From NCBI GenBank assembly GCA_036012755.1, contig DASCPX010000246.1:1-64000 (forward strand): a stretch of 64,000 bases of DNA, in the 5' to 3' direction. Under the pieces are notes generated by a model. That model worked only from the letters and a program-made list of their open reading frames with translations, had not been told where the DNA came from and did no database searches. The DNA comes from Myxococcota bacterium. GTDB taxonomy: Bacteria; Myxococcota_A; UBA796; CAJQPC01. Below, piece after piece: positions 18,389 to 28,136 of the stretch (position 1 is its first letter; the number at the start of each line of letters is the position of its first letter). The translations under genes and the position numbers were made by a program.

Positions 18389-19117
18389 CTAGGCAAGGAA
18401 GCCGAAAAGCCTGGGGAGGTTTTCGTACGCAGCGAGAGGACGGGGGCTGTGATCCGTCATCAGCCAGACGACGAGGGCCCCTGGGTGACGGTCGGCGAAG
18501 AGGTTCACGTTGCCGGGCTCGTTGTCGAGGAAGAGCACGATCGAGCCCCGCTGGTCGAGGGCCTCCAGCGCGTTTGCCTTGAACCGGGTGTCATCGTCCT
18601 CGAGGGCGCCCTTCACCACCAGGTGGCTCCGTTCGTCGCCGAAGGGGAAGCCATGGCGCCGCAGAGCACCCTCGGTCCCGGCGCGCGTCGGGGTGTGCCG
18701 CCCGGTCAGGTAGACGCAGTGCAGTCCAGCCTCGTGGACGGCCCTGACGAGCCCAACGGCCCCTGGCATCGGGAGGTCGTGGGCGTGGTAGGCGCCGTCG
18801 AAGAAGCGCTCCCACCAGAAGCTGCCGAGGCTCTCCCGGTGGGCGTCGATGAGTGCCGCGTCCAGGCCGGCGTTTCGCAGGGTGTTGTGGAGGTGCCAGT
18901 CCTCGAAGTGCTCGATCTGCACCCGGTAGAAGTCCCAACAGCCTGTCCGCGAGGCGTACTCGCGGAGGATGTAGACCTGCCGCGGCCGCGTGTCGAAGAG
19001 GCAACCGTCGAGATCGAAGACCGCCGTGTGACCCGGGCCCACCTCGTTGGCCAGAGTCACGATCCGCTCCAGCAGCTGGCTCTGCTCAGGGCTCCGATGC
19101 CAGGGCTGCCAGGCCAT
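18389..19117 (-). CDS. HAD-superfamily phosphatase
   Basis: VFDLDGCLFD, YLTGR, FK, FLDNEPGN motifs. Confidence 0.85.
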   Translation of the reverse strand: MAWQPWHRSPEQSQLLERIVTLANEVGPGHTAVFDLDGCLFDTRPRQVYILREYASRTGCWDFYRVQIEHFEDWHLHNTLRNAGLDAALIDAHRESLGSFWWERFFDGAYHAHDLPMPGAVGLVRAVHEAGLHCVYLTGRHTPTRAGTEGALRRHGFPFGDERSHLVVKGALEDDDTRFKANALEALDQRGSIVLFLDNEPGNVNLFADRHPGALVVWLMTDHSPRPLAAYENLPRLFGFLA

Positions 19118-20088
19118 CAGAGGGCTGACAGCAGCTGGTCGATCTCCGCCGCACCGTCTGTCCCTACGAGGTCCTCGCGGGCACGCTCGAGCATGGCGCG
19201 AGCCTCCGCGACGTCCCCGGTCGCGGCCAGGACCTGCCCGAGCATCGCGCGGGCCACGCCCTTGGCGGAGGGCATCGGGTAGGCATCTACGGCACCTCGA
19301 AAGTCCGCCGCGGCCCCCTCGAGGTCACCGGCGGCGATGCGGCGCTGGGCCGTCACGAAGCAGGCCGCGCCCAGGGCCGAGGGCTCGGCGGCGGCGATGC
19401 GCTGCTGGAGCAAGCCGAGGTCGATGGCCTCTGCATGAAGGCCGTGGGCGGAGGCGAGCTCGCCCGCGGCGTGAAGGGCCTCGAGTTGCTCGGCCGCGTC
19501 CCCGAGCTCGACCCAGGTCTCGGCGCAGTAGCGCAGGCGCCCGAGGGCCGATGTGACGTCCCCGAGTCCAGCCTCGATCCCCGCCAGCTGCTGGAGGATG
19601 CGAGCCCTCAAGGGCAGCTCCCGGAGGAGCTCGGCGCCGTCGAGGGCCTCCTCCAGCATCGAGCGAGCGCGCTGGCCGTCCTCGTCCATCAGCGCGTACT
19701 GGACGAGGGCGTCGATCAGCACGCGCCGCTTGCCCCCGCGGCGCGCCAGCCCCAGGGACTGCTTCGCCAGGGCCAGGGCGCGGGCTGGCTTGTCCTGGAC
19801 CAGGTTGATCTGGGCCGCCAGCACAAGGAGAGCAGCACGCTCCGACTCGTCCGAGGCCCGGTCGCAGAGCTCGAGTCCCGCGTGGACCTCGGAGAGCGCC
19901 GCGTCCGGGCGCTCCCGGAGCAGGAGCACCTGCGCGAGCTGATGGCGCACCTCGAGACGCCCCTCCCGATCACCCTCCCGCTCCCGGAGCTCCAACAGCG
20001 CACGCAGAGCCTTCTCCTGGGCTGCGGCGTGCTCGCCGCCCTGCTCGAGCGCGAGGGCCTCGTCTAGGGCGGTCTTGGGGTCGGACAA
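19117..20088 (-). CDS. Tetratricopeptide-repeat protein
   Basis: Ala/Leu-rich helical TPR-like repeats. TTG start at 20088 is inferred; the longer ORF extension overlaps the kinase. Confidence 0.7.
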   Translation of the reverse strand: MSDPKTALDEALALEQGGEHAAAQEKALRALLELREREGDREGRLEVRHQLAQVLLLRERPDAALSEVHAGLELCDRASDESERAALLVLAAQINLVQDKPARALALAKQSLGLARRGGKRRVLIDALVQYALMDEDGQRARSMLEEALDGAELLRELPLRARILQQLAGIEAGLGDVTSALGRLRYCAETWVELGDAAEQLEALHAAGELASAHGLHAEAIDLGLLQQRIAAAEPSALGAACFVTAQRRIAAGDLEGAAADFRGAVDAYPMPSAKGVARAMLGQVLAATGDVAEARAMLERAREDLVGTDGAAEIDQLLSAL

Positions 20089-20137
20089 GGGAGCTCCCGG
20101 ACACCCCGATAGCCTCTGGTGGGAGCCGCTGCCGTGA

Positions 20138-22759
20138 CTAGACCGAGCGACAGAGCCTGAAGCCGAGGTTGTTCTCCCGCCGCCCCGGGTCCAGGCCCGC
20201 GCGGGAGGCAGCGCGGCAGGCGCGGGCATCGAGATCCCAGGCGCCACCTCGCACGACACGGCGTGGGGCGTGGTTCGTCTTCTGCATGCTGTCGCCGTCG
20301 GGAGGCTCGGGTTGCACGGCGCGGGAGCCCTTGACCGGGGGTCCGTACGGCTGGAAGCGATCGGCACACCACTCGCGCACACCCCCGGCGAGCCCGTGGA
20401 CGAAGTAGGGGCTGGCGTCGACCGGGAAGTCCGCGGTGGCCGGAGCGCCGGGGTGGTCCAGCGGCGAGAGCTGCATGCAGTGGAAGGCGGGGTCGGCGAA
20501 GTCCCCCCACGGATAGGCGCGCCCGTCCGCACCACGGGCAGCCTTCTCACGCTCGAGTTCGCCGGGCAGGCGCCACGGGAGCCCGGTGCGCATGCCGATC
20601 CAGCGGCAGTAGGCGTTGGCCTGGAACCAGTCGACATACACGACGGGAGCGTCACCGGCGACGACCACGTCCGCACCGCCGGGCGGCAGGGTCCAGCGAC
20701 CCACCCGGTCGTCCCACCCGTCGGACTGCCACTGGTAGAGCGGCTCGGCCTCCTGGCCCTTGGCCTCGATGGTCGGACAGTAGAGGCTCGCCGAGCTGGC
20801 GTGCCCTCTGCTCACCAGGTCGTTGAGGAATGCGAGGTAGTCGGCGTGGGTGACGGGCCGGTCCCGCATGATGAAGCCGTCCACCCAGAGCCGGCGCCGA
20901 CCGAGGGCCCCTCGCGCCTCCGAGTCCCCGCCGCTGAGCATCCATCCGGCGGGCACGTAGCGGTCACCCTGCGGGAGCTTGCCCTTCGAGAACAGGGCGA
21001 CCGGGGTGTGGGCCTTGCTGCCAGGCGCCTGGCTCGTCCAGTGCTGCCCTCGGTCGGACGTCACCGGGTATCGAGCCGGCTCGTGTCCCTCGGCCCGGAT
21101 GACCGCGAGGTAGCTGCCCTCTGGCAGGTTCACCTCGTCGACCGGGGCGGTCAGCGGGGCGCCGTAGGGCTTCGGTTGCAACCGCCGGGCCTCCATCTCG
21201 AAGCGGTAGAGGCGGACCTCGGCGGCCTCGGGCTTCGTGTGGAGCGAGAAGGAGCCCTCGGCGCGCAGGTAGTCCGCGTGCTTGCCGTCGTCGTGCTCGG
21301 CCAACATCTCCTGGTACTCGCGGTGAGCCTTGCGGTCGGCGGCCTGCTCGGCGTCCTCGGACCGCATGCGGTAGAGATCGGCCATCAGCTCGCGGGCCTC
21401 TGGGAGGTCCGGGACCTGGGCGAGCGCGGCACGCCCGCGGCCCGCGACCGTACGGTAGATGCGGTCGACCTCGTCGGACAGCCGCCCGGCCTCCTCTTCC
21501 AGCACCCAGGCCTCCTCCTTGGTCCCGAGGGAGTCGGTCGGGCGCAGCAGCTGGACACGCTTGCGGGCTGCGTTCCGCTTCATGCGCGCGTCGGTCTTGG
21601 CGGCGGGCAGGTCTCCTTCCATCAGCTCCCGCCCTTGCCCGACGAGCTTGCGGGCCCGATCCCTGGCCAGGGCGCCCTCGATGAAAGCGGCAAGGACCTC
21701 GCCCATCTCGGAGGCCGACTGGTAGCGCTTGGAGCGGTCCATGTGCATGGCCCGCCGCCAGATCTCGACGAGGGCGTCGGGCACCTCGACGTCCTCGCGC
21801 GGCTTGGGCGGTCCAGCGCGGACCTTGTCGATCACCTCGCGAGCGTTGCCGCTGTACGGCGCGCGGCCGTAGAGGATGCAGTAGAGAATGCCGCCCAGGG
21901 CCCACACGTCGGACCAGGTGCCGAGCTCGTCGTGTCTTCCCGCGGCCTGCTCGGGGGGCATGAAGGCCGGAGTGCCGGCGACGACGCCGTAGCGGGTCTT
22001 CGCAGGCGATGACTCCGACCAGTGGTCACCTTGCTCCGCGAGCAGATCGTCGTACTCGTCGCGCTCTTCAGAGCCCGTGATCTTCGCCAGGCCCCAGTCG
22101 ACGACCCGGATCTCACCGTGGCTGCCGATCATCACGTTCTCGGGCTTCAGGTCGCGGTGGATGACCCCCTTGGTGTGGGCGAAACCCACGGCTTGGCAGA
22201 TGGTGTTGAGCGTGTCGATCATCCGCCGCAGCGTCCAGCCGGCGCGCACGCCACCGAGGGGCCCACCAGCGCGACGATGGTGGAACCGGCGGATGATCTT
22301 GTCGAAGTCCTCGCCGCGGATCTCGGTCATGGTGATGAACCACTGACCGTCGGGGAGCCGCCCGAGGTCGTGGACCGGCACGATCGCAGGGTGCTCGAGC
22401 TGGGCGACGATCTGGGCCTCGTGGATGAAGCGGCGGACCATCTGCTCGTTGTGGGCATAGACCGTCCGCAGCGTCTTCACAGCGATCAGTCGGTTCAGCG
22501 TGCGGTCGAGGACCTGGCGCACCTCGCCGGCCCCGCCGACCCCGAGCAGCCCGAGCTCTCGATAGCGTTCCATCGGCAGGCCGAGACCGTCTTGGGCCGC
22601 GGCCTCGTCGCTGTCCTGGACCGTGACCGGTCGCTCCGACTCCTGACCCGGCTCCACGGGCCACTGGCCATCGAAACCAGGGAAGAGCGTCGCCTTGTCG
22701 AGGTCGACCTCCTCCACTTCGTCGGAACCGCCGTCCTTGTCCGCCACGAGCGCAAGCAT
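20138..22759 (-). CDS. Ser/Thr protein kinase fused to a C-terminal FGE-sulfatase (SUMF1/EgtB-like) domain
   Basis: GVGGAGEV, IAVK, HRDLKPEN, DWG, GTPAFMPPE, DVWALG; then RLPGELEREKAARG, YPWG, VREWC, RGGAW, NLGFRL. Confidence 0.93.
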   Translation of the reverse strand: MLALVADKDGGSDEVEEVDLDKATLFPGFDGQWPVEPGQESERPVTVQDSDEAAAQDGLGLPMERYRELGLLGVGGAGEVRQVLDRTLNRLIAVKTLRTVYAHNEQMVRRFIHEAQIVAQLEHPAIVPVHDLGRLPDGQWFITMTEIRGEDFDKIIRRFHHRRAGGPLGGVRAGWTLRRMIDTLNTICQAVGFAHTKGVIHRDLKPENVMIGSHGEIRVVDWGLAKITGSEERDEYDDLLAEQGDHWSESSPAKTRYGVVAGTPAFMPPEQAAGRHDELGTWSDVWALGGILYCILYGRAPYSGNAREVIDKVRAGPPKPREDVEVPDALVEIWRRAMHMDRSKRYQSASEMGEVLAAFIEGALARDRARKLVGQGRELMEGDLPAAKTDARMKRNAARKRVQLLRPTDSLGTKEEAWVLEEEAGRLSDEVDRIYRTVAGRGRAALAQVPDLPEARELMADLYRMRSEDAEQAADRKAHREYQEMLAEHDDGKHADYLRAEGSFSLHTKPEAAEVRLYRFEMEARRLQPKPYGAPLTAPVDEVNLPEGSYLAVIRAEGHEPARYPVTSDRGQHWTSQAPGSKAHTPVALFSKGKLPQGDRYVPAGWMLSGGDSEARGALGRRRLWVDGFIMRDRPVTHADYLAFLNDLVSRGHASSASLYCPTIEAKGQEAEPLYQWQSDGWDDRVGRWTLPPGGADVVVAGDAPVVYVDWFQANAYCRWIGMRTGLPWRLPGELEREKAARGADGRAYPWGDFADPAFHCMQLSPLDHPGAPATADFPVDASPYFVHGLAGGVREWCADRFQPYGPPVKGSRAVQPEPPDGDSMQKTNHAPRRVVRGGAWDLDARACRAASRAGLDPGRRENNLGFRLCRSV

Positions 22760-22803
22760 AGTCCAGCGCCAGCGTGCTAAACACGGCGGTTGGAGGTCCC
22801 CAG

Positions 22804-24276
22804 ATGCGCGTGATGGTGAGCTACCCCCCCTTGGAGGGAAAGGGCAGCCCCATGCTGACGCAGAACCGGCAGTTCCAGTGGTTCCACGAGCCGAGCTACC
22901 TCTATCCGTGCGTCCCGGCGTCGGCGGCCACGCTCATCCAGTCGATGGGTCACGAGGTCCTCTGGAACGACTGCATCGCCGAGAGACGGGACTGGTCCCA
23001 GTTCGTGCGCCTGCTCGGAGACTTCTCACCCGAGCTCATCGCGATGGAGACGAAGTCACCGGTGGTGCGCCAGCACTGGGCCATCACCGAGCGCATCAAG
23101 CAGCTCGTGCCGGGCTGCAAGGTCGTGCTCTTCGGCGACCACATCGCCGGCAACCCGGGCGAGACGATGGACAACAGCGCCGTCGACTTCTGCATCGCCG
23201 GGGGTGACTACGACTTCTCGCTCCGCAGCATCGTGCGCCACCTCGATGAGGGCGTCGAGCTCGAGTCCGGTATCGCCTATCGGAGCGACGACGGCACCTG
23301 GAGCCAGACGGCACCCTACGAGCAGATCTACGACCTCGAGTCGCTGCCGTGGATGGACCGTGACCTCACCAACGCCCACCTCTACTTCGAGAAGTGGAAG
23401 AAACGACTGCCTTTCTTGTGGACGATGGCCGGGCGGGACTGCCCCTACGGCAAGTGCACCTTCTGCAGCTGGACCGTGACCTACCCGAAGTTCTCGACCG
23501 TGAGCCCGGAGTTCCTCGCCGACGAGATGGAGATGCTCGTCCGGCGCTTCGGGGCCCGCGAGATCTTCGACGACACCGGCGCCCTGCCAGGCGGCAACTG
23601 GCTCAACCGGCTGTGCACCGAGATGATCGACCGCCGGCTCGCCGACGAGGTCATCTTCGACTGCAACTTCCGCTTCGACTACTTCACGGAGAAGAACGTC
23701 CACCTCATGAAGAAGGCGGGCTTCCGCAAGCTCATCCTGGGCATCGAGTCGGCCAGCGAGCGGACGATCGACATCCTCGACAAGTCGCTCACCCGCGAGC
23801 AGATCGTCGAAGGCTGCAAGATGGCCTCGATGGCTGGGCTGCAGCCCCACCTGACCCTGATGGTCGGCTACCCGTGGGAGACGAAGGAGGACGCGCTGGA
23901 GACCCTCGATCTGGCTCGGTACCTCATGCACGAGGGCCTCGCCCATCACCTCCAGGCGACCGTCGTCATGCCCTACCCGGGGACGCCCCTGTTCGAGCTG
24001 TGCAACCGCAACGGCTGGATCCGCTTCGAGGAGACGGAGTACGAGCGCTACGACATGACCGAGCCGGTCTGCGCCCTCACCGACATGGACCCCCAGGAGG
24101 TCGTGCAGATGGCTGGCCAGTTCTACAAGCTCTACATGCACCCCAGGTTCGTCGCCCGACAGCTGCTCGAGATCCGCTCGACCGAGGACCTCGACTACGC
24201 CGCCCGCGGGGTCAAGGCCATCTGGGGGCACATCAAGGACTTCGCGAAGATCAGGGGCAACGACTACCTCCGCTAG
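22804..24276 (+). CDS. Cobalamin-binding-domain radical SAM protein
   Basis: GGAGGT ribosome-binding site; GRDCPYGKCTFC, FDDT, GIESAS, MVGYPWET, PYPGTPL. Confidence 0.9.
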   Translation: MRVMVSYPPLEGKGSPMLTQNRQFQWFHEPSYLYPCVPASAATLIQSMGHEVLWNDCIAERRDWSQFVRLLGDFSPELIAMETKSPVVRQHWAITERIKQLVPGCKVVLFGDHIAGNPGETMDNSAVDFCIAGGDYDFSLRSIVRHLDEGVELESGIAYRSDDGTWSQTAPYEQIYDLESLPWMDRDLTNAHLYFEKWKKRLPFLWTMAGRDCPYGKCTFCSWTVTYPKFSTVSPEFLADEMEMLVRRFGAREIFDDTGALPGGNWLNRLCTEMIDRRLADEVIFDCNFRFDYFTEKNVHLMKKAGFRKLILGIESASERTIDILDKSLTREQIVEGCKMASMAGLQPHLTLMVGYPWETKEDALETLDLARYLMHEGLAHHLQATVVMPYPGTPLFELCNRNGWIRFEETEYERYDMTEPVCALTDMDPQEVVQMAGQFYKLYMHPRFVARQLLEIRSTEDLDYAARGVKAIWGHIKDFAKIRGNDYLR

Positions 24277-24395
24277 GGCCCCTCGGCAGAAGTCGCGACG
24301 CGCCTTCCACCGGCGCCTTTCGGCGCGCGCCGCGGCGCGTACCGGCGTTCACCCCGTCGCAGCCCCGACTGCGTCGGAACTCGCGCCGGAGAGAA

Positions 24396-25469
24396 CTATC
24401 CCCCGAACTCGATGCCCACGGCCCTGGCGGTCTCGATGAGCTCGCCCTCCGGATCGACGAGCCTGTAGGTCTGCGTCGCGTCCTCGATCGGGACGCCGAT
24501 GACGCTGCCGTTCTGCAGCACCGTGATCTCACCCCAGCGCTCCTGGGCCACCAGGTCGACCGCGCGCACCCCGAAGCGGGTGGCGAGCACACGGTCGAAT
24601 GGGATCGGTGAGCCGCCGCGCTGGAGGTGGCCCAGCACGGTGACCCGCACGTCGACGTCGATCGCCGCGGCGATCTGCTCCGCCAACAGGGGCCCCGGGC
24701 CACCGACCCGCACGGTGCCCTTGCCGTGGACCCTGACGGGCTCGCTGCCCTCTCCGCCTGCGGGTCGGGCGCCCTCGGCGACCACGATCAGGGTGAAGAG
24801 CCGCCCGAGGGCCCGGCGCTTCTCGATCTTGCGGACGAGGGGGTCGAGGTCGTAGGGGATCTCCGGGATCACGATGCAGTCCGCACCACCGGCGAGGCCC
24901 GCGTGCAGCGCGATGTGGCCGGCGTCCCGGCCCATGACCTCCAGGATCAGGACGCGGTCGTGGGACTCGGCGGTGGTGTGGAGCCGGTCCAGCGCTTCGC
25001 TGGCCACGTCGACCGCCGACTGGAACCCGAAGGTGTAGTCGGTGGCGGACAGATCGTTGTCGATGGTCTTCGGAACGCCGACGACCTTGACCCCGCGCTC
25101 CAGCATCAGCCGCAGGCCGATCTTCTGGGTGCCGTCACCACCGATGACGACCAGCCCTTCGAGCCCGAGCTCCTCGACCGCCTCGGCGATGCGGCCGCTC
25201 ACATCCCCCCGGTCGTGGTAGTCGAAGGGATCCCCCTTGTTGGTCGTCCCGAGCACGGTGCCGCCCCGAGCGAGCAGACCGCTGCAGGACCGGGGGGTCA
25301 TCGCCTGGACCCGGAAGGGGCGCTCCAGGATGCCGTCGAAGCTGTCCTCGATGCCCAGGACCTGCCAGCGCAGCTGCCCTACGGCCCTCTTGACGAAGGC
25401 GCGGATGACAGCGTTGAGGCCAGGGGCGTCGCCCCCGCCGGTGAGGATTCCGACGCGATGGATTTCCAT
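24396..25469 (-). CDS. pfkA: 6-phosphofructokinase
   Basis: LTGGGDAPGLN, GGTVLGT, IGGDGT, PKTIDND, EVMGR, LGHLQRGG. Confidence 0.96.
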   Translation of the reverse strand: MEIHRVGILTGGGDAPGLNAVIRAFVKRAVGQLRWQVLGIEDSFDGILERPFRVQAMTPRSCSGLLARGGTVLGTTNKGDPFDYHDRGDVSGRIAEAVEELGLEGLVVIGGDGTQKIGLRLMLERGVKVVGVPKTIDNDLSATDYTFGFQSAVDVASEALDRLHTTAESHDRVLILEVMGRDAGHIALHAGLAGGADCIVIPEIPYDLDPLVRKIEKRRALGRLFTLIVVAEGARPAGGEGSEPVRVHGKGTVRVGGPGPLLAEQIAAAIDVDVRVTVLGHLQRGGSPIPFDRVLATRFGVRAVDLVAQERWGEITVLQNGSVIGVPIEDATQTYRLVDPEGELIETARAVGIEFGG

Positions 25470-25481
25470 CGCGCCAGGGTA

Positions 25482-26195
25482 CTACTCGGTGTTGAAGGCG
25501 TAGCCGACGGTCGCCGCGTGGGCTTCGAGGGCTTCGAGATAGCGCATCGAGCGGGGGCTGGGGTCAGCGGCGTAGGCCTCCCTGGCGAGGCGCATCGCAC
25601 CGTCGAGATCGCCGGACTGCTCGGCCGCGACGGCCTCGTTGTGGAGGGCCCGAGCGGTGCCGGGCTCCGACTGGGCGTAGACACGGCGGGAGAGCTGCGC
25701 GGGGAGCGGGGCGAGGTCGTCGGCGACCTGCTGGGCGAGGCCCTCGTCCAGGGCGGAGCTGACGGCGCGAGCACGAGGTGCCGGAATGCGCCCCTCGTTG
25801 GCCCAGCTGCTGCTCTCCGAGTGATAGTGCTGCGGGTCCAGGGTGCCTATGGTCATGCTGGCCACCCGCACCTCGACGGTGGCGTTGCCAGTGCCCTCGA
25901 CGGTCACGCGCCGACGCTCGACCTCGTCGATCTCGACCCACTCGCCCTCGACCTCCACGATGGTCGAGAGGAACTCGTCGCAGTCCTTGACGACCAGGGT
26001 GGTGCTCGCGCCCGGGTCGATCGCAACGCCAGGGCGGGCGTCCATCGCGACCAGGACTGCGTCCGCTACGTCCCTGCACTCGGCTCCTTCCGCGGCGACC
26101 GAGAGAGTCGTGACATCGACCTCGACGGCGGGCGCCGGGGCCACTTTCCAGGCCACGTGCTGGGCGCAGCCGGTGAGGAGGACGAGCAGTGTCAT
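25482..26195 (-). CDS. Hypothetical lipoprotein with a C-terminal TPR-like helix pair
   Basis: MTLLVLLTGC lipobox; C-terminal HNEAVAAEQSGDLDGA. Confidence 0.65.
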   Translation of the reverse strand: MTLLVLLTGCAQHVAWKVAPAPAVEVDVTTLSVAAEGAECRDVADAVLVAMDARPGVAIDPGASTTLVVKDCDEFLSTIVEVEGEWVEIDEVERRRVTVEGTGNATVEVRVASMTIGTLDPQHYHSESSSWANEGRIPAPRARAVSSALDEGLAQQVADDLAPLPAQLSRRVYAQSEPGTARALHNEAVAAEQSGDLDGAMRLAREAYAADPSPRSMRYLEALEAHAATVGYAFNTE

Positions 26196-26232
26196 GGTCA
26201 GAGTGTGGCTCAAACCTGCCAAGTACGCAATA

Positions 26233-27063
26233 TCACCAAACGTTCGTGGCCAACCGGAGGGGCTCGGCCACACCCTCCTGGCCAGCGACGTGCACCTCGA
26301 CGTGCCGGGCGCCCGCAGCGTCGAGGGCACGCCGACATGCCGCGCGGGCCTTCTCGGGAGTGTTGTTCTCCTCAGAGAGGTGAGCGAGGGTGACGTACCT
26401 GAGCCTCTCACCCAGCCCCGCCGTCAGGAGCTTCGAGGCCTGCGTGTTGCTCAGGTGCCCGTGATTGCTACGGATTCGCTGCTTGAGATGCCAGGGATAG
26501 GGCCCCTCCATCAGCATCTCGACGTCGTGGTTGTACTCGAGGACGAGCACATCGCAGTCCCGCATCTGGCGGGCGACGAGGGCCGTGGGACGCCCGAGGT
26601 CGGTGACCACGGCGACCTTGATGTCCCCACAGCCGACCTTGTAGGCGACCGGGTCCAGCACGTCGTGAGGCACGGTGAAAGGCTCGACCTCCAGGTGCCG
26701 CACGCGAAAACGGGCACCGGACTCGACGATCGCTACCCCTTCCTTTGGCAGGCACCGGGGGTCGGCCGCGCCGCGGGTGCCGCTGGTCATGTGGACCGGC
26801 ACCTCCTTGCCCTGGAGGCGACGGAGGCGCTCGGACAGGATCCTTGCAGACCCGACGTGGTCCTTGTGCTCGTGGGTCACCAGCACGGCGTCGATGGGCC
26901 AACCTCCGATGCCGTGTCCGTCCATGCGAGCGAGGATGCGCCGGGTCGAGATGCCGCAGTCGATGAGCACGCCGGCCTTGCCGTCGCCGACGTAGGTGCA
27001 GTTGCCCGCCGACCCAGACGCGAGAACCGCGATGGTCACGTCCCGGGAGAAGAGTCCGACCAC
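26233..27063 (-). CDS. MBL-fold metallo-hydrolase (YycJ/WalJ-like)
   Basis: LASGSAGN, IDCG, THEHKDH, PHD, TDLG, LEYNHD, GHLSN, HLSEENN. Start codon uncertain. Confidence 0.9.
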   Translation of the reverse strand: MVGLFSRDVTIAVLASGSAGNCTYVGDGKAGVLIDCGISTRRILARMDGHGIGGWPIDAVLVTHEHKDHVGSARILSERLRRLQGKEVPVHMTSGTRGAADPRCLPKEGVAIVESGARFRVRHLEVEPFTVPHDVLDPVAYKVGCGDIKVAVVTDLGRPTALVARQMRDCDVLVLEYNHDVEMLMEGPYPWHLKQRIRSNHGHLSNTQASKLLTAGLGERLRYVTLAHLSEENNTPEKARAACRRALDAAGARHVEVHVAGQEGVAEPLRLATNVW

Positions 27064-27073
27064 GGCCTCCGCC

Positions 27074-27358
27074 CTAGAAGGGAACCGTCGGGGGCTGGAT
27101 CTCCAGACCCTCGAGCAGGCCACCGGCGTCGGTCGGCCCCTCGTCCGACAGAGCGGTGGCGTCGACCCAACCGAAGTCCTGGCCCGAGCGGATCCGCACG
27201 CGCTCGTCCTCGCGGAAGAGCACCTCGACCTTCACCTCCGAGGCCACCGTGGCGACGATCGGGTTGTCCTCTGCCGCGCCCGGCCAGCGCAGCAACTCCG
27301 CTTCCTCCGTCGTCCAGGCGTCCTCGGCGAGACAGAGCGCGATCAGGGTCATCCACAT
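27074..27358 (-). CDS. Small exported SH3b-like domain protein
   Basis: Short signal MWMTLIALCLA; LRWP...KVEVL...RVRIR...FGWV pattern. Confidence 0.65.
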   Translation of the reverse strand: MWMTLIALCLAEDAWTTEEAELLRWPGAAEDNPIVATVASEVKVEVLFREDERVRIRSGQDFGWVDATALSDEGPTDAGGLLEGLEIQPPTVPF

Positions 27359-27389
27359 GACTTGCCCGTAACGCGATACCTGCGGTGCC

Positions 27390-28136
27390 GTGCAGGCTCT
27401 CGCCGCGATCGGCCGCTTCGCGATCTGGTCGGGCGAGGTGGGCCTCCGGATGGTCCGTGGCCCCTGGTTCCTCAGGCCCGCGGCGCGTCATTGCTGGATC
27501 GTGGTGATGCGATGCCTGCTGCCGGTGATCGCGGTCGTCTTCCCATTCGGCATGGTCATGGCGCTCCAGGGCCTGGCGATCTTCGAGCTCTTCGGCGCCC
27601 ACCGCATGCTGGCCTCACTCATCAGCGTCGCCATCCTCCGAGAGCTGTCCCCCGTGCTGGCGAGCGTGCTCGTCGCTGCTCAAGGCGGCTGCTCCATCGC
27701 GGCAGAGCTGGGATCGATGCGCATCAAGGAAGAGCTCGACGCCACCGACGTGATGGCCGTCGACAGCCTCGCCTACCACGTCGTCCCGAGGGTGCTCGCG
27801 CTCACCCTCGCCTGCCCGATCCTGAACCTCGTCGGCAGCATCGCCGGACTCACCGGGGGCTTCGTCACCGCCGTGTTCTTCAAGGGCGAACAGGCCGGGA
27901 TCTTCCTGGCCGAGCTCTGGGCCTTCACGAGCCCCGTCGACCTGTGGGGTGGCTTGCTGAAGACCACCATCTTCGGCGCCATCATCGGACTGGTCGCCTG
28001 CTACCACGGCTACAACGCCACCGGCGGGGCTGCAGGCGTCGGCAGGGCCGTCAATGACACCGTCGTCTACGCCGTCCTCTTCTTCATCACCGCCAACTAC
28101 TTCCTCACCTCAGCGCTGTTCGGGACCATCGGATGA
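27390..28136 (+). CDS. mlaE: MlaE-family ABC permease (copy 1)
   Basis: RELSPVL, AAELGSMRIKEELDA, VVPR, GGAAGVGRA. Confidence 0.92.
   Translation: MQALAAIGRFAIWSGEVGLRMVRGPWFLRPAARHCWIVVMRCLLPVIAVVFPFGMVMALQGLAIFELFGAHRMLASLISVAILRELSPVLASVLVAAQGGCSIAAELGSMRIKEELDATDVMAVDSLAYHVVPRVLALTLACPILNLVGSIAGLTGGFVTAVFFKGEQAGIFLAELWAFTSPVDLWGGLLKTTIFGAIIGLVACYHGYNATGGAAGVGRAVNDTVVYAVLFFITANYFLTSALFGTIG

Noticed and set aside
20138..20400. FGE/C-type-lectin C-terminus as a diversity-generating retroelement target
   Set aside because: No reverse transcriptase and no second near-identical template repeat are visible in the window.
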